From positions 3,305-67,304 of the IMG/VR virus record IMGVR_UViG_3300047497_000260: a stretch of 64,000 nucleotides of DNA, one strand, 5' to 3'. The stretch comes from a virus. Shown piece after piece: positions 19,371 to 28,970 of this stretch; position 1 is the first letter of the stretch, and every line of letters starts with the position of its first letter. The position numbers and the translations under genes were made by a program. The notes beneath the pieces are model-generated. The model was not told where the DNA came from and searched no databases. It was given only the letters and a program-made list of their open reading frames with translations.

Positions 19371-19841
19371 TCAGACCGTCAATTGAATCATGAGCGACGG
19401 CGCGGCGAGCGCCAGGCTCGCCGTGGCGTCCAGCGTCAGCTGCCCGAGCATCGGCGCGGAGGCGATCGCGCTCGACGCGCCGACCGCCACGAAATTGAGG
19501 TTGAACCCGACATAGCCGAGCCGGTCCCGCTCGTGATCCCAGGCGCCGTCCTTGAACATGCAGAGCACAGGCCCCTCGTCGGGGAGGACCAGCATTTGCG
19601 GCCCCGGCGCCAGCAGCATCGCCTTCAGCGTCGCCGCGTCGATATCCGCCGTATCCTCGGCGAGATAGGCGTTCAGGTCGAAGTGATTGGCCTTCTGCCC
19701 GAGCCCCTCGATATAAGGATCGTCGCGATTCGGGAATTCATGGACGACGATCTTCTTGCCGAACCGGTCCTTCGTCTTCTCGATGTAAAACGGCACGCCG
19801 CCGAACGAAGCCGGCCAGAGCGTCGCCTGCCAGTCGCGCAT
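19371..19841 (-). CDS. Mu gpN-like DNA circularization protein, N-terminal domain
   Basis: W..TLWPASFGGVPF...VHEFPNRD...EGLG signature. Confidence 0.88.
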   Translation of the reverse strand: MRDWQATLWPASFGGVPFYIEKTKDRFGKKIVVHEFPNRDDPYIEGLGQKANHFDLNAYLAEDTADIDAATLKAMLLAPGPQMLVLPDEGPVLCMFKDGAWDHERDRLGYVGFNLNFVAVGASSAIASAPMLGQLTLDATASLALAAPSLMIQLTV

Positions 19842-19884
19842 TTTTTGCGTTATCCCCGGAGTTCGTCAGTTCGCGCTTGGCCTG

Positions 19885-19916
19885 CTATGGGGAACCGATA
19901 TATGCGTTTCCCATAG
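19885..19916. promoter_or_regulatory. Imperfect inverted repeat, putative operator of the HTH gene
   Basis: CTATGGGGAAC-N10-GTTTCCCATAG (10/11 match). Confidence 0.5.
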
Positions 19917-19939
19917 GTCATAGCTGAGGTCGGCGATCG

Positions 19940-20281
19940 ATGACGAAGAAAGCTTTCAACAAAATCGCCGCCGGGCTCGAGGAGGCGATCGCCATCGCGC
20001 GCGGCGAGGCGACCCCGGCGCGGCTTCACGCGCCCGCCGAGATCGACGTCAAGGCGATCCGCAAGAAGGTCGGATTGCCGCAGGAATCCTTCGCCTATGC
20101 TTTTGGCTTCACGGTCGAGCAGATTCGCGCCTGGGAGCAGGGCCGCAACCGGCCGATCGGCGGCGTGCGCGCCTATCTCATGCTCATCGATCGCGATCAC
20201 GAGGGCGTCTCGCGCATTTTGGGAGAAAGCCGCATGAGCCCGCTCGGGGCGCCCAAAAAGGTGCTTAGGAGCAGCTCATAG
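19940..20281 (+). CDS. HigA-like XRE HTH antitoxin/regulator, with no adjacent toxin gene
   Basis: AFNKIAAGLEEA...DVKAIRKKVGLPQESFA...WEQGRNRP. Confidence 0.85.
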   Translation: MTKKAFNKIAAGLEEAIAIARGEATPARLHAPAEIDVKAIRKKVGLPQESFAYAFGFTVEQIRAWEQGRNRPIGGVRAYLMLIDRDHEGVSRILGESRMSPLGAPKKVLRSSS

Positions 20282-20288
20282 GCTGCTT

Positions 20289-22949
20289 TTAGCGCATCCC
20301 TATCCCGCCGCTCGGCGCGACGCCGGCGGACGAGCGGCCGACGTCGACGCTGAGATTGCCGCTGGCCCTGGCCGTCGCCTCGGCGAACATCTTGATGAGG
20401 CTCCCCTCATCGAGCTTGATCTGCACGACGACCTCGGCCTTGGAATCCGGCGATAGCGAAACGTCGAAATTCTTGATGGCCGTATCGAGGACGCCGCGTT
20501 GGGTCCTCTCCTGATCGGCCGGCAGGCCGGCCGCTTCGCGCCCCGCGATATAGTCGTCGAGGTCGGCGCGCTTCTGGACCATGCTCGCGCGGATGTTGTC
20601 GCGCTCGTTATATTCCGGCGTGTGCAGCGATTCCTCGATTCTGACGCCGCCCTTGAGGGCATACATCAGCGCGAGCATGCCGCCGCCGAGCGTCACCGCG
20701 CCGCCGAGCGCGCCGCCCGTAAGCCAGCTCAGCCAGCCGCCTCCGCCGGCCGCCGCGCCGCCAGCGGCGGCGCCTTCCGCGGCCGCTGCGCCGCCGCCGG
20801 CCGCAGCCGCAGTCCCGGCCGCCCCTCCGGCCCCCAAGCGCACCGCGGCCCCGTCCAGGGCCGCCGCAGCGCCGTCCAGCGCGGTCGCTGCGCCGCCGAG
20901 CGCGGTCGCCGAGCCGGTCAGCGCGCCGCCGCCCATAAAGGCGCTTCCGAAGCCGGAGAGAAGTTTCCAGGATAGGTAGCCGCCGAGACCCGCGCCGCCG
21001 GCGAGAAGGCCGCCGGAAACCGCCTTGGCGAGATCCGGATGCGCCTTTTCGAGGCCTTCGATCGTAGCGGAGAACGACGCGATTCCGTGCGCCAGCTTGT
21101 CAAGCAGCGGCCCCACCGCGCTGATCGCCGGTCCGGCGAGCACGGAAGCGAAATTGCTCAGCGCGTCGGTCAGCTCCTTGAACGCGGCGACGGGGTTCTC
21201 GCCGAGCCGGTCGGCGGCCTCGATCCCGGAGGCGCGCTGCAGCTGCCCGATGTCGCGCTCGATGAGGCGCTGGTTGCCGATGAAATGCGCCAGATTGTCG
21301 GTGACCGTCGTCCGCAATCCCGTCTTGGCGAGGTCGGCGGCGATCAGCCCTTCCTCGGCTCTTTCCCGCAGGAATTTGTCGTCGATCTCCGCCTTCGGAT
21401 TGCGCTTCAGCTCCTGGCTGCGCAGCATGTCCATGCGGGCCTGGACGTTGGCGTCCGAGAGCGCGCCCGACTTTTCAATCGCCTGGCGCAGCGTCGTGGC
21501 CGCCCAGGTCGCCTGGTCTGTCTGCAGGGTCGCGGCGTCCTTGAGGCCGCCCTTCACCCGAACATTGCCGCCGCCCATCTTTTCGATCTGGTCGGCGGTG
21601 GCGAGGCCATGCTCGACCATCCATTTGCCGGCCTGCGCCTTCATGGCGCCGCCGGCGAGCGACGTCATGGTCTGATTGACTTCATTGCCGAGCCGCGAGG
21701 CGTTCCCCTCGCTCATCCGGACCATATTCGAGAGATAGAACTGGTCGTCGCCGATCGAGAAATTGGACGATTTGGCGTTGGCGACATAATCGCGCACCAT
21801 CGACGAGGTGATCGCCGTGCCGAACACCTGTTTGGCCCGGATATAGGCGTCGCTGATTTTCTCGACCGCCTTCGGATCGCCGGCGCGCCCGGACCCTTCG
21901 ACCGACTTCAGCAGGTTCTGCATGTCGACCGGCGTCATTTCGAAGCCGCTCGCCAGCGCCGCGGTCTGCGCCCGCGCCGCGGTCATCAGGTTCGATCGCG
22001 CCTTCGCCTGGTCAATCGGCGCGTTCGGATCCTCGCTGGCGGCGTTGGCGCGCAGCTCGAGATAAGTGTCGAGCGCCTTGGCGCGGGTGAGCGCCGGATA
22101 TTTCTTGGCGACGTCGTCGGTCAAGTCGTCCGCGAACGGCGCCTCGGTCGGATCGTGGCGCGAGAGCTCCCTGACGCGAAAGCGCAGCTGCTCGACGTCG
22201 GACGCCTGCTCGGCCGCGCTCTTGACGCCCTCCAGCATCAGCGGCCCGGCGAAGGGCAGCACCTCGTTGGTGAATTGATGCGCGAGGCCGGCGCGACGTC
22301 GCTGGATCTGCTCCTCGCGCGCGACCGCCGACGAGAGCTGCTCGGTCGAGCGCGCCGCGGCGCGCCCCTGCTCCATCAGCGCCCGGTTCGTGCGTTCGAC
22401 TTCGGCCGCGAGACGCGCCTCGGCCTCGGCGGCTGAATTGAGCGGGCCGGCGATTTCCTCGAAACTCGCGCGCGCCGCGCTGACGACGGCCTTTTGCGCC
22501 TCGAATTCCGCGGTCGCGCGGCTGAGCGCCGCGTCCACCCTGTTATATTTCGACTGCAACTCCTTGGTCGGCGCCGCCGCGCCGGCGACGTCCTGCCACA
22601 AGCCGCGATGCGTCTGCCGCAATTGCGCGAGCGAGGCTTCCGCCTTGGCGAGGCTGGCCTCGACGCCCTTGAACGCGGCGAGCCGCTGGCCTGCTTCGCC
22701 GAGCCGGTTCTGTTCGACGACGAGCTCGCGGGTCGCCGCGGTCACCCGCCGCACCTGTTCGGCGGCGGCGTTCATCCGTTCCGAAACCGGCGCGACCGAG
22801 CGGGCGATGTCGTCGACCGAATCGATCGCCTTGGCGATCCCGCCGACGTCCTTCTGGAGCCGCTTGATCCGCTCCTCGACGCTCGCGAAGGCGGCAGCCG
22901 ACTTGTCGGAGGCGGAGATGACAAGGCGCGCTTCGCCCACCGTCGCCAT
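20289..22949 (-). CDS. Tail tape measure protein
   Basis: 886 aa, helical Ala-rich with TM-like segments, follows the tail chaperone. Confidence 0.88.
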   Translation of the reverse strand: MATVGEARLVISASDKSAAAFASVEERIKRLQKDVGGIAKAIDSVDDIARSVAPVSERMNAAAEQVRRVTAATRELVVEQNRLGEAGQRLAAFKGVEASLAKAEASLAQLRQTHRGLWQDVAGAAAPTKELQSKYNRVDAALSRATAEFEAQKAVVSAARASFEEIAGPLNSAAEAEARLAAEVERTNRALMEQGRAAARSTEQLSSAVAREEQIQRRRAGLAHQFTNEVLPFAGPLMLEGVKSAAEQASDVEQLRFRVRELSRHDPTEAPFADDLTDDVAKKYPALTRAKALDTYLELRANAASEDPNAPIDQAKARSNLMTAARAQTAALASGFEMTPVDMQNLLKSVEGSGRAGDPKAVEKISDAYIRAKQVFGTAITSSMVRDYVANAKSSNFSIGDDQFYLSNMVRMSEGNASRLGNEVNQTMTSLAGGAMKAQAGKWMVEHGLATADQIEKMGGGNVRVKGGLKDAATLQTDQATWAATTLRQAIEKSGALSDANVQARMDMLRSQELKRNPKAEIDDKFLRERAEEGLIAADLAKTGLRTTVTDNLAHFIGNQRLIERDIGQLQRASGIEAADRLGENPVAAFKELTDALSNFASVLAGPAISAVGPLLDKLAHGIASFSATIEGLEKAHPDLAKAVSGGLLAGGAGLGGYLSWKLLSGFGSAFMGGGALTGSATALGGAATALDGAAAALDGAAVRLGAGGAAGTAAAAGGGAAAAEGAAAGGAAAGGGGWLSWLTGGALGGAVTLGGGMLALMYALKGGVRIEESLHTPEYNERDNIRASMVQKRADLDDYIAGREAAGLPADQERTQRGVLDTAIKNFDVSLSPDSKAEVVVQIKLDEGSLIKMFAEATARASGNLSVDVGRSSAGVAPSGGIGMR

Positions 22950-23034
22950 CAGCGTCTCCGGTTCTTAGGATCGTTCTTCGGATCGTTGAACCAGCGACAG
23001 GCGAGCGCATGCGCCTCGTCAAGCTCGCTCAAGG

Positions 23035-23406
23035 TCAGCTGGCGGACTTCGCCAATGGAGATGCGATCGGCGCCGAAGCAAAGCTCGCCAATTTTTCTTT
23101 GGCAATCTGCGCCTCGGCCTCTGTAAAAAAATCGAAGAGCGCGGCCTTGATGCGCAGCACATCGGTCATCGAGATAAACTTGACGATGTCGTTCCCGGAT
23201 TCATGCGCGACGCAGCGCTCGAGATATTTCGAAATCACCTCCGGCTGCTCGACATAATAGCCGCCGGATGTTGCGCTGTAGACGAGGATGCGCGGTTCGC
23301 CGAGCGTCGCGACCTGCCATCCCGTCGGCTCCTTGAGCTCGACCTCGTCGATCTTCCTGCCGTGCCATTCGAACGGCTGATTGAGCTTGATGCGCTTGGA
23401 GGCCAT
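23035..23406 (-). CDS. Tail assembly chaperone with a probable -1 programmed frameshift
   Basis: Between tube and tape measure; T TTT TTT at 23125-23131; -1 frame open to 22949. Confidence 0.8.
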   Translation of the reverse strand: MASKRIKLNQPFEWHGRKIDEVELKEPTGWQVATLGEPRILVYSATSGGYYVEQPEVISKYLERCVAHESGNDIVKFISMTDVLRIKAALFDFFTEAEAQIAKEKLASFASAPIASPLAKSAS

Positions 23407-23433
23407 CGATCGTCCTTAAGGCTTGCCGGCCGG

Positions 23434-23826
23434 TCAGCGGCTGATCTGCTGGTAGCCGCCGCGCGGCGCGACGATCGAGAGGCCGGTCACCAGGCCGTTG
23501 AGCCGGTCGATCTTCGGCTTGCCCTTGAAAAAGGCGTTCGAATAATTGTGGGTGACGCCGGTGTCCTCCTCGATGACCGCGATATTGTAGCGGCCGCCGA
23601 ACACCACGCCCTCCCAGTTGACCGGGTTGCCGTTGACGTCGGCGTCCTCGAACTCGGCCATCAGCTCCTGCGCCTTCGGCTTGCCGACCTGGGAGACCGA
23701 GCCGTTCTCGTTGGTGATCTCGGAGGATTCCATGTTCGTCGCTTCGCGCTCGACCTTGCCGCGGATGACGAGCGGGGTCCCGTTGTAGGTAAAGCGGATA
23801 TGACCGCCAAAATCGACCGTCGGCAT
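23434..23826 (-). CDS. Tail tube protein (Mu gpM-like)
   Basis: 130 aa, immediately after the sheath gene. Confidence 0.8.
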   Translation of the reverse strand: MPTVDFGGHIRFTYNGTPLVIRGKVEREATNMESSEITNENGSVSQVGKPKAQELMAEFEDADVNGNPVNWEGVVFGGRYNIAVIEEDTGVTHNYSNAFFKGKPKIDRLNGLVTGLSIVAPRGGYQQISR

Positions 23827-23907
23827 GGTCGGCTCCTTAGAGTGTCACGGAAAAAGACGGGAGCGGCGCCTGCAGGCGCCGCCGGGTTGATCGGCGGCGG
23901 CCGGGGA

Positions 23908-25779
23908 TTAGGCCGCGAGGGTCTGCGGGAACTGCCGGTAGATCGTCGCGTTGGCCGCCAGGATATCGAGCGGGTTGACGACGTTGAGCGGCGCATAGAC
24001 GTCGGCGCGCGACGGGTTCTGGCCGTTGATCTGGACGTTGCAGTTCTGCGCGAACCAGCTGGGGTTGGTCAGAACGCCGCGAATTGCCAGCGTTGTATAG
24101 GCGTTGACGAACGAGGCGGTGATGTCCGCCGGCGTCGAGATCGCCCCGAGATTGCCGGGATTGGTCGGCGCAAGCGCTTTGTTGGCCTGCTCGACCCCGA
24201 CCTGCGCGCGGAAATATTTGAGCGCGCCGGCCGTCTGATACATCGACTGGATGCCCTGGAAGACCGTGTCGGGATTGCCCGAGACGCCGGTCCGGTAGGT
24301 CGTCACGATCTTGCCGATCTTGACGGACCCGTCGGGGCCGACCGTCCAGGTCGAGATGCCGGAATTGACCAGCGTGTTGCGCGCCGGATATTGCTGCACG
24401 AGCGCGGGGTTGCGCGGCGGGCTGAGGCCTTGCACGACAAGACCGCTCTGGCTGCGCGAGACATTCCCGGTCGTCGTGTCCGACAGCCAGGGCTGGACGC
24501 GGGCCGAGAAGCCGGCCGCCCATAGCCAGGACGCATGCGGCGCGCCCTCGAGGCCGCCGGTCAGCGTCGGCGTCGCGACGGTCACGTTGGAGTCGGTCGA
24601 AGCGATCGCGATGGCGTTGCCGACATTGCCGGGGATCTTCGCGGTGGCGAGGATCGCGGTCGCGCCGCTGGCCGTATAGACGCATTGGCTGAGGTTCGGG
24701 TCGGCGAGCCCCGCCGAGCCATTGAGCAGCGCGAGCAGCGCCGTCGCATTGGCCGCCGCGCCGCTGCCGATGTTCACCTGCAGGCCGGTCGCGCCCGACG
24801 TCACCCAAGTGATCGTCGTGCCGTTGATCGTCAGCGTGTGCGTATTCGTCGGATTGCCGGCGATGGTGATGAGGTCGGTCGCCTGCGCGCCGGCGATCTT
24901 GCCGATCACCGTCGTGTGGCGGTCGTTCAGCGAAAGGCCGAGCGTCGTCAGCGCCGCGAAGCTCGAGGCCTGGCAGGTCCATGCGTGGCCGTAGGACTGG
25001 CGCTCCCAAGACCAGCGGCCGTTGACGTCGCTGAGCGCGGCGGTATAGGCGGCAAGCGAGGGCGAGTCCGTCCAGGGCGCGACAATATAGTCGGCCGGAT
25101 TGTCCTGCAGGCCGGCGAGCGCATTGGCGACGACCGGATTGCCGGACCCGTCGACCGAGCGGGCGATCGTGATGACGCCGGCGCTGTTGAAGAGATTGTT
25201 TGCGACGTCGGCCGGCGTCGGAACATAGAAATTGATCGCGTTCATGATCTGGCCGACGTGGCGCGCGGTCACGGTGACGACATTGGTCGCCGACGTCGCC
25301 GTCACCGGCAGCATCGCGAAGGTGAGCGCGTTATAATAGGCGTTGATCGCCGCGGCGATCGCCGCCGCGATCGTCGTCGGCGTGTCGGTCGCCCCGATGG
25401 TGATCTCGATCTCCTCGCCTTCGATTTCGAGGACGCCGACTCCGACCCCGGGAAGCGAGCCGACCGAGATCGTCCAGACCGGCGCGCCGCCGACCGCCGG
25501 CACGGCGACAAGCCAGATCGGGATCGCCGGCGCATTGGCCTGGGCGATCCGGAACATTTCGCGCAGCATCGAGCCGGGGCCGGCCTGCAGGTCGGCCTGG
25601 TCCTGGCTCGAGACGGGAATGGCGACGTTTGGCGCCATGATGCCGGCCGACGAGGCGTGGCCGAACAGCACATAGCGGTCGATCTGGCTGTATTGGCCGC
25701 CAGAATTGACCTCGAACGAGAAGATCGGTTCGGTCAGCCCGGAGCCCGGAATATAATTGAACTCGATTCCGTCAGCCAT
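23908..25779 (-). CDS. Contractile tail sheath protein (Mu gpL-like)
   Basis: IEFNYIP...GPGSML..M, RWSWERQSYGH, GISTW, VTTY motifs. Confidence 0.92.
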   Translation of the reverse strand: MADGIEFNYIPGSGLTEPIFSFEVNSGGQYSQIDRYVLFGHASSAGIMAPNVAIPVSSQDQADLQAGPGSMLREMFRIAQANAPAIPIWLVAVPAVGGAPVWTISVGSLPGVGVGVLEIEGEEIEITIGATDTPTTIAAAIAAAINAYYNALTFAMLPVTATSATNVVTVTARHVGQIMNAINFYVPTPADVANNLFNSAGVITIARSVDGSGNPVVANALAGLQDNPADYIVAPWTDSPSLAAYTAALSDVNGRWSWERQSYGHAWTCQASSFAALTTLGLSLNDRHTTVIGKIAGAQATDLITIAGNPTNTHTLTINGTTITWVTSGATGLQVNIGSGAAANATALLALLNGSAGLADPNLSQCVYTASGATAILATAKIPGNVGNAIAIASTDSNVTVATPTLTGGLEGAPHASWLWAAGFSARVQPWLSDTTTGNVSRSQSGLVVQGLSPPRNPALVQQYPARNTLVNSGISTWTVGPDGSVKIGKIVTTYRTGVSGNPDTVFQGIQSMYQTAGALKYFRAQVGVEQANKALAPTNPGNLGAISTPADITASFVNAYTTLAIRGVLTNPSWFAQNCNVQINGQNPSRADVYAPLNVVNPLDILAANATIYRQFPQTLAA

Positions 25780-25802
25780 GGAGCGCTCCAGCGTTGGGAA
25801 AA

Positions 25803-25822
25803 TGGAAAAGCCGCCCTGGGGC
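25803..25822 (-). terminator. Hairpin/weak terminator upstream of the sheath gene
   Basis: Minus strand AGCCGCCC-CA-GGGCGGCT then TTTCC. Confidence 0.4.
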
Positions 25823-25853
25823 GGCTGGGATTTGCGGCGGCGGCCCTAAGGCG

Positions 25854-26144
25854 TCAGTTTTCGGCGTCGCCTTCGTCGATCGGCGCGAGCGCCTCGGGCG
25901 CCTCGTCAGCGGGCGCCTCGAGGGCTTCGGGCGGTTCGGGCGGCGCGTCCTGCTGGCGCAGGGTCAGCGAGCCGTCGGCGAGCGGCAGCCGCCAGTAGAG
26001 GTCATGGGTGTCGACGATCTCGCCGCCGTCCGCGCCGCGCGCCGGCGAAAACAGCCGCGCGCTTTTCGGCATCGGCAGCCGATGGGTCGGATCGACGAGC
26101 CAGGCGCGCTTGAAGCGCGCCGGGTCGAGTGTGGGCATCGCCAT
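25854..26144 (-). CDS. Small protein upstream of sheath (Mu gp38/DUF2635-like)
   Basis: YW..L.DG motif; position. Confidence 0.6.
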   Translation of the reverse strand: MAMPTLDPARFKRAWLVDPTHRLPMPKSARLFSPARGADGGEIVDTHDLYWRLPLADGSLTLRQQDAPPEPPEALEAPADEAPEALAPIDEGDAEN

Positions 26145-26155
26145 GCTTTAAGCTC

Positions 26156-26986
26156 CTAGGGAGACGGAATGTCGCCAACGATGTCGGAATCCGACCCGTC
26201 GGGCTTCTGCGGCGTGCGCCCGTCGAGCCCGGCGAACATCCTGATGTCCTCGAGCTGGACGCGCTCGACCGGCATGTTGACGAGCGGCACGAACGTCATG
26301 CAGAGCGCATAGCCGGTCGAGGTCGGATCGAGGCCCTTGGCGATGGTCGACAGCGGCGCCGGCAGGAGATCGAGCCCGGTCGGTGCGCTCTGGCCCGGCT
26401 GCAGGTCGAGCGGCCAATATTCGGCCTTCATCTTGACGTGCAGGCAGATCGTCCGGGCGGCGTAGCGGATGCTGCGGTCAGCGGAGCGTTCTGGAACGCT
26501 CTCGATCCTGCGGACCTCCATCATGATTTCGTTGTAGAGCGCCGCGGAGGCCGGCATGTCCTGCCGCGACCATTTGCCGAGGAGCCGCAGGACCTGCGCC
26601 TCGAGAAGATCGAGAAGCCCCTCCCGTTCGCGGTCGGTGGCCCCGACGCCGATCGTTCCGACCGTCGCCGTCGCGCCATCGGCGCCCTCGACTTCGATCA
26701 CGCCCTTGGCCGCGATCAATATCTCGACGATCAGGTGGCAGACCCGCTCCTGCGCCGGATATCTGATCTCCCCGTAAGGCGCGGTGTCGTCGCGCTCGGT
26801 GTAGACGATCGCGACCGGGCGCCCCTCGATATCGCCGGCGAGCCTTTCGTCGCCCTCCATGAGATCGATGCGGCTGTCGAAGACGAGACCGCCGGCGATC
26901 GTCGGCCATGGGCCGGAGCTCGCGAGCCTCGACGGGCACAGGGCTTCAATCGCCGCGAGGCGCAGCGCGAGGCGCGAAAGGGACAT
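26156..26986 (-). CDS. Putative tail terminator/neck protein
   Basis: MSLSRLALRLAAIEAL...VFDSRID...PVAIVYTE; position. Confidence 0.65.
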   Translation of the reverse strand: MSLSRLALRLAAIEALCPSRLASSGPWPTIAGGLVFDSRIDLMEGDERLAGDIEGRPVAIVYTERDDTAPYGEIRYPAQERVCHLIVEILIAAKGVIEVEGADGATATVGTIGVGATDREREGLLDLLEAQVLRLLGKWSRQDMPASAALYNEIMMEVRRIESVPERSADRSIRYAARTICLHVKMKAEYWPLDLQPGQSAPTGLDLLPAPLSTIAKGLDPTSTGYALCMTFVPLVNMPVERVQLEDIRMFAGLDGRTPQKPDGSDSDIVGDIPSP

Positions 26987-26987
26987 G

Positions 26988-27419
26988 TCAGTCGCCGTCG
27001 AGCCGGTTGATGCTGCAGAGAAGCGTCCCGCCGGCGAGCGGCTCGATCGAGGAGACGCGCCAGACCGATCCGTCGGAGAGCCTGGTGAACTGGTCCGTCG
27101 CCTTCACGTCGAAGGCGGGGTTGGCCGCCGCCTGGCGCGCGACCTCGCTCGGCGAAATCCGCAGACGCGTCATTCCCGATTCGAGGCCAGGGCGCTTTTG
27201 CTGGCGCGTGTCATAGCTGTCGGGAAAATTCGGCTTGGCGATCTTGTCGAGGAAAATCGCGTTGATCGTCGGCGTCCCCGCGCGTGAGGAATCGAAGACG
27301 TCAGCCGCCGTCCTGTCCGGCGCGCGCATCATCGGCTGGAACGCGAAGGGTTCGCCCATGATCGCGTCGACCGCGGCAGTGGCGGCCGCCGCGAAGGGCG
27401 CGAAATTGGGCCCCGGCAA
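26988..27419 (-). CDS. Head-tail joining (FII-like) protein
   Basis: AVDAIMGE N-terminus, size and position. Confidence 0.6.
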   Translation of the reverse strand: MPGPNFAPFAAAATAAVDAIMGEPFAFQPMMRAPDRTAADVFDSSRAGTPTINAIFLDKIAKPNFPDSYDTRQQKRPGLESGMTRLRISPSEVARQAAANPAFDVKATDQFTRLSDGSVWRVSSIEPLAGGTLLCSINRLDGD

Positions 27420-27421
27420 TT

Positions 27422-27760
27422 TTAGGCCGCGGCCTTGCTCTTGCCGCCTTCAGCCTCGATCTGCTTGCGCAGCGTTTCGGCCGCCTTGCGCCTTGAAAAA
27501 TCGGCGAGCAGCCGGTCATCGTCGAGCTTCGGCGAGACCAGCTCGGCGATCTCCTGCGGCACTTTCCGCTCGGCGCAGGTGACGCGCCGGGCGTCGAGAT
27601 GGTCAACGCCCGCTTCGACGATTCCAGGCCGCTTGAGGAGCGCCTCGACGCAAGGACCGGGCGTGTCGATGAGAACTTCGCCAGCGCGGACGGTGACGGC
27701 GACGCCGGGTCCGAGGCCGACCGTCAGATCGCTCGCGAAATAGAGAGCTTTGGTGGACAT
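27422..27760 (-). CDS. Hypothetical protein downstream of the major capsid gene
   Basis: GGAG RBS before MSTKALYF. Confidence 0.6.
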   Translation of the reverse strand: MSTKALYFASDLTVGLGPGVAVTVRAGEVLIDTPGPCVEALLKRPGIVEAGVDHLDARRVTCAERKVPQEIAELVSPKLDDDRLLADFSRRKAAETLRKQIEAEGGKSKAAA

Positions 27761-27819
27761 TTCTGCTCCGTTTTGAGAGGGACGAGGAGTTTCGATGGCG
27801 CCGCTTATGGCGCTCCAGC

Positions 27820-28878
27820 TCAGCCGGCGACGGTGACCGCGACCGAGGCCTCGGGCCAGCCGACGATCGGCAAAGGGGCCGACTGGGTCATGAGATAGGT
27901 CAGCGACGGGTCCCTCGAGCGCCACATCGAGGGGAAGCGCGGCAGCGGCCGGAACCCAGCCTCCGCATCGCGGATCGCGCCGTAGGTGCGCACGCCCTGG
28001 ACGCCCGGCGGCGAGGACAGGATCACCGTGTTCGGCGGGATCATCTGCTGGACGTTGCCGGCTTCGTCGACATAGGTCTGCTGGTAGACGAAGACGTGGA
28101 ACTCGCCGATATAGCCCAGATATTTCACCTCTTCGCCGATCGCGCCGGCGAGCACGCCGCCGAGCTGGATATTGCCGATCTTGAAGTTCGGGCTCGGCGT
28201 GTTGGCGCGGTTGTTGAGGATTTCCTTGACCTCGGGATCCTTGATGAAAAGCTCCTGGGCCGCCGGATCCATGATCACGACATTGGCGTTGAAGCCGGAA
28301 TCGAGCATGGCCAGGGCGTTCCAGGTCCTGAGGTTCGACATCGAGGAGACGCCGGTCTGACCCCATTGGTTGGCGCCGGTGAGCTGGATGGTGTGGGTCG
28401 AGGGGCGCCCGAAATTGACGACCATGGCGGGGAAGTCCTCGCCCTCAACGATCACCTGGCCGCTGAGCATGATCTGCGCGGCCATCCACTCCTCGCGGCG
28501 GCGGATGTAATCCTCCTGCAGTTTCATGAGCTCGGCGAGAACGCGGATATAGCGCTCCTCAGGCGACATGGCGCCGAGGAGACGCTCGCCGGGCATCCGC
28601 TTCAGCGGCCGCGTGGAATCGACGACGTGCTTCGGCTTCAGATAGGCGGGCTGGAAATCCTTGGTCTGGAAGCCCTGCGTGCGCATGGGCTTGCCGGCGA
28701 CATGGTAGGAGACGAAGGGCGCCAGCCTGCGCGCGCGGTCGACCTTGTCGAAGGCGATCTTTTCGGTCTCGAACGTCTGCTCGGACGGGAAGAACAGGTC
28801 GAGGAAGAACGGATTCGGCACGTCGACGACGCCGAAGGCGCCAATGAGAAATTCCGTGCCATAGACGTCGAGCGCCAT
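27820..28878 (-). CDS. Major capsid protein, lambda gpE family
   Basis: FFLDLFFP...LAPFVS...PAYLKPK...RREEWMAAQ...QSAPLP. Confidence 0.95.
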   Translation of the reverse strand: MALDVYGTEFLIGAFGVVDVPNPFFLDLFFPSEQTFETEKIAFDKVDRARRLAPFVSYHVAGKPMRTQGFQTKDFQPAYLKPKHVVDSTRPLKRMPGERLLGAMSPEERYIRVLAELMKLQEDYIRRREEWMAAQIMLSGQVIVEGEDFPAMVVNFGRPSTHTIQLTGANQWGQTGVSSMSNLRTWNALAMLDSGFNANVVIMDPAAQELFIKDPEVKEILNNRANTPSPNFKIGNIQLGGVLAGAIGEEVKYLGYIGEFHVFVYQQTYVDEAGNVQQMIPPNTVILSSPPGVQGVRTYGAIRDAEAGFRPLPRFPSMWRSRDPSLTYLMTQSAPLPIVGWPEASVAVTVAG

Positions 28879-28970
28879 AGGTCTGCTCCGCTGTTAGGGA
28901 TTTTGAGAAATGGCGCATGGCGCCGCAGCCCGGGCTGGCGAGCCCGGGACTTGTCCGCGAACGTTTGCCT

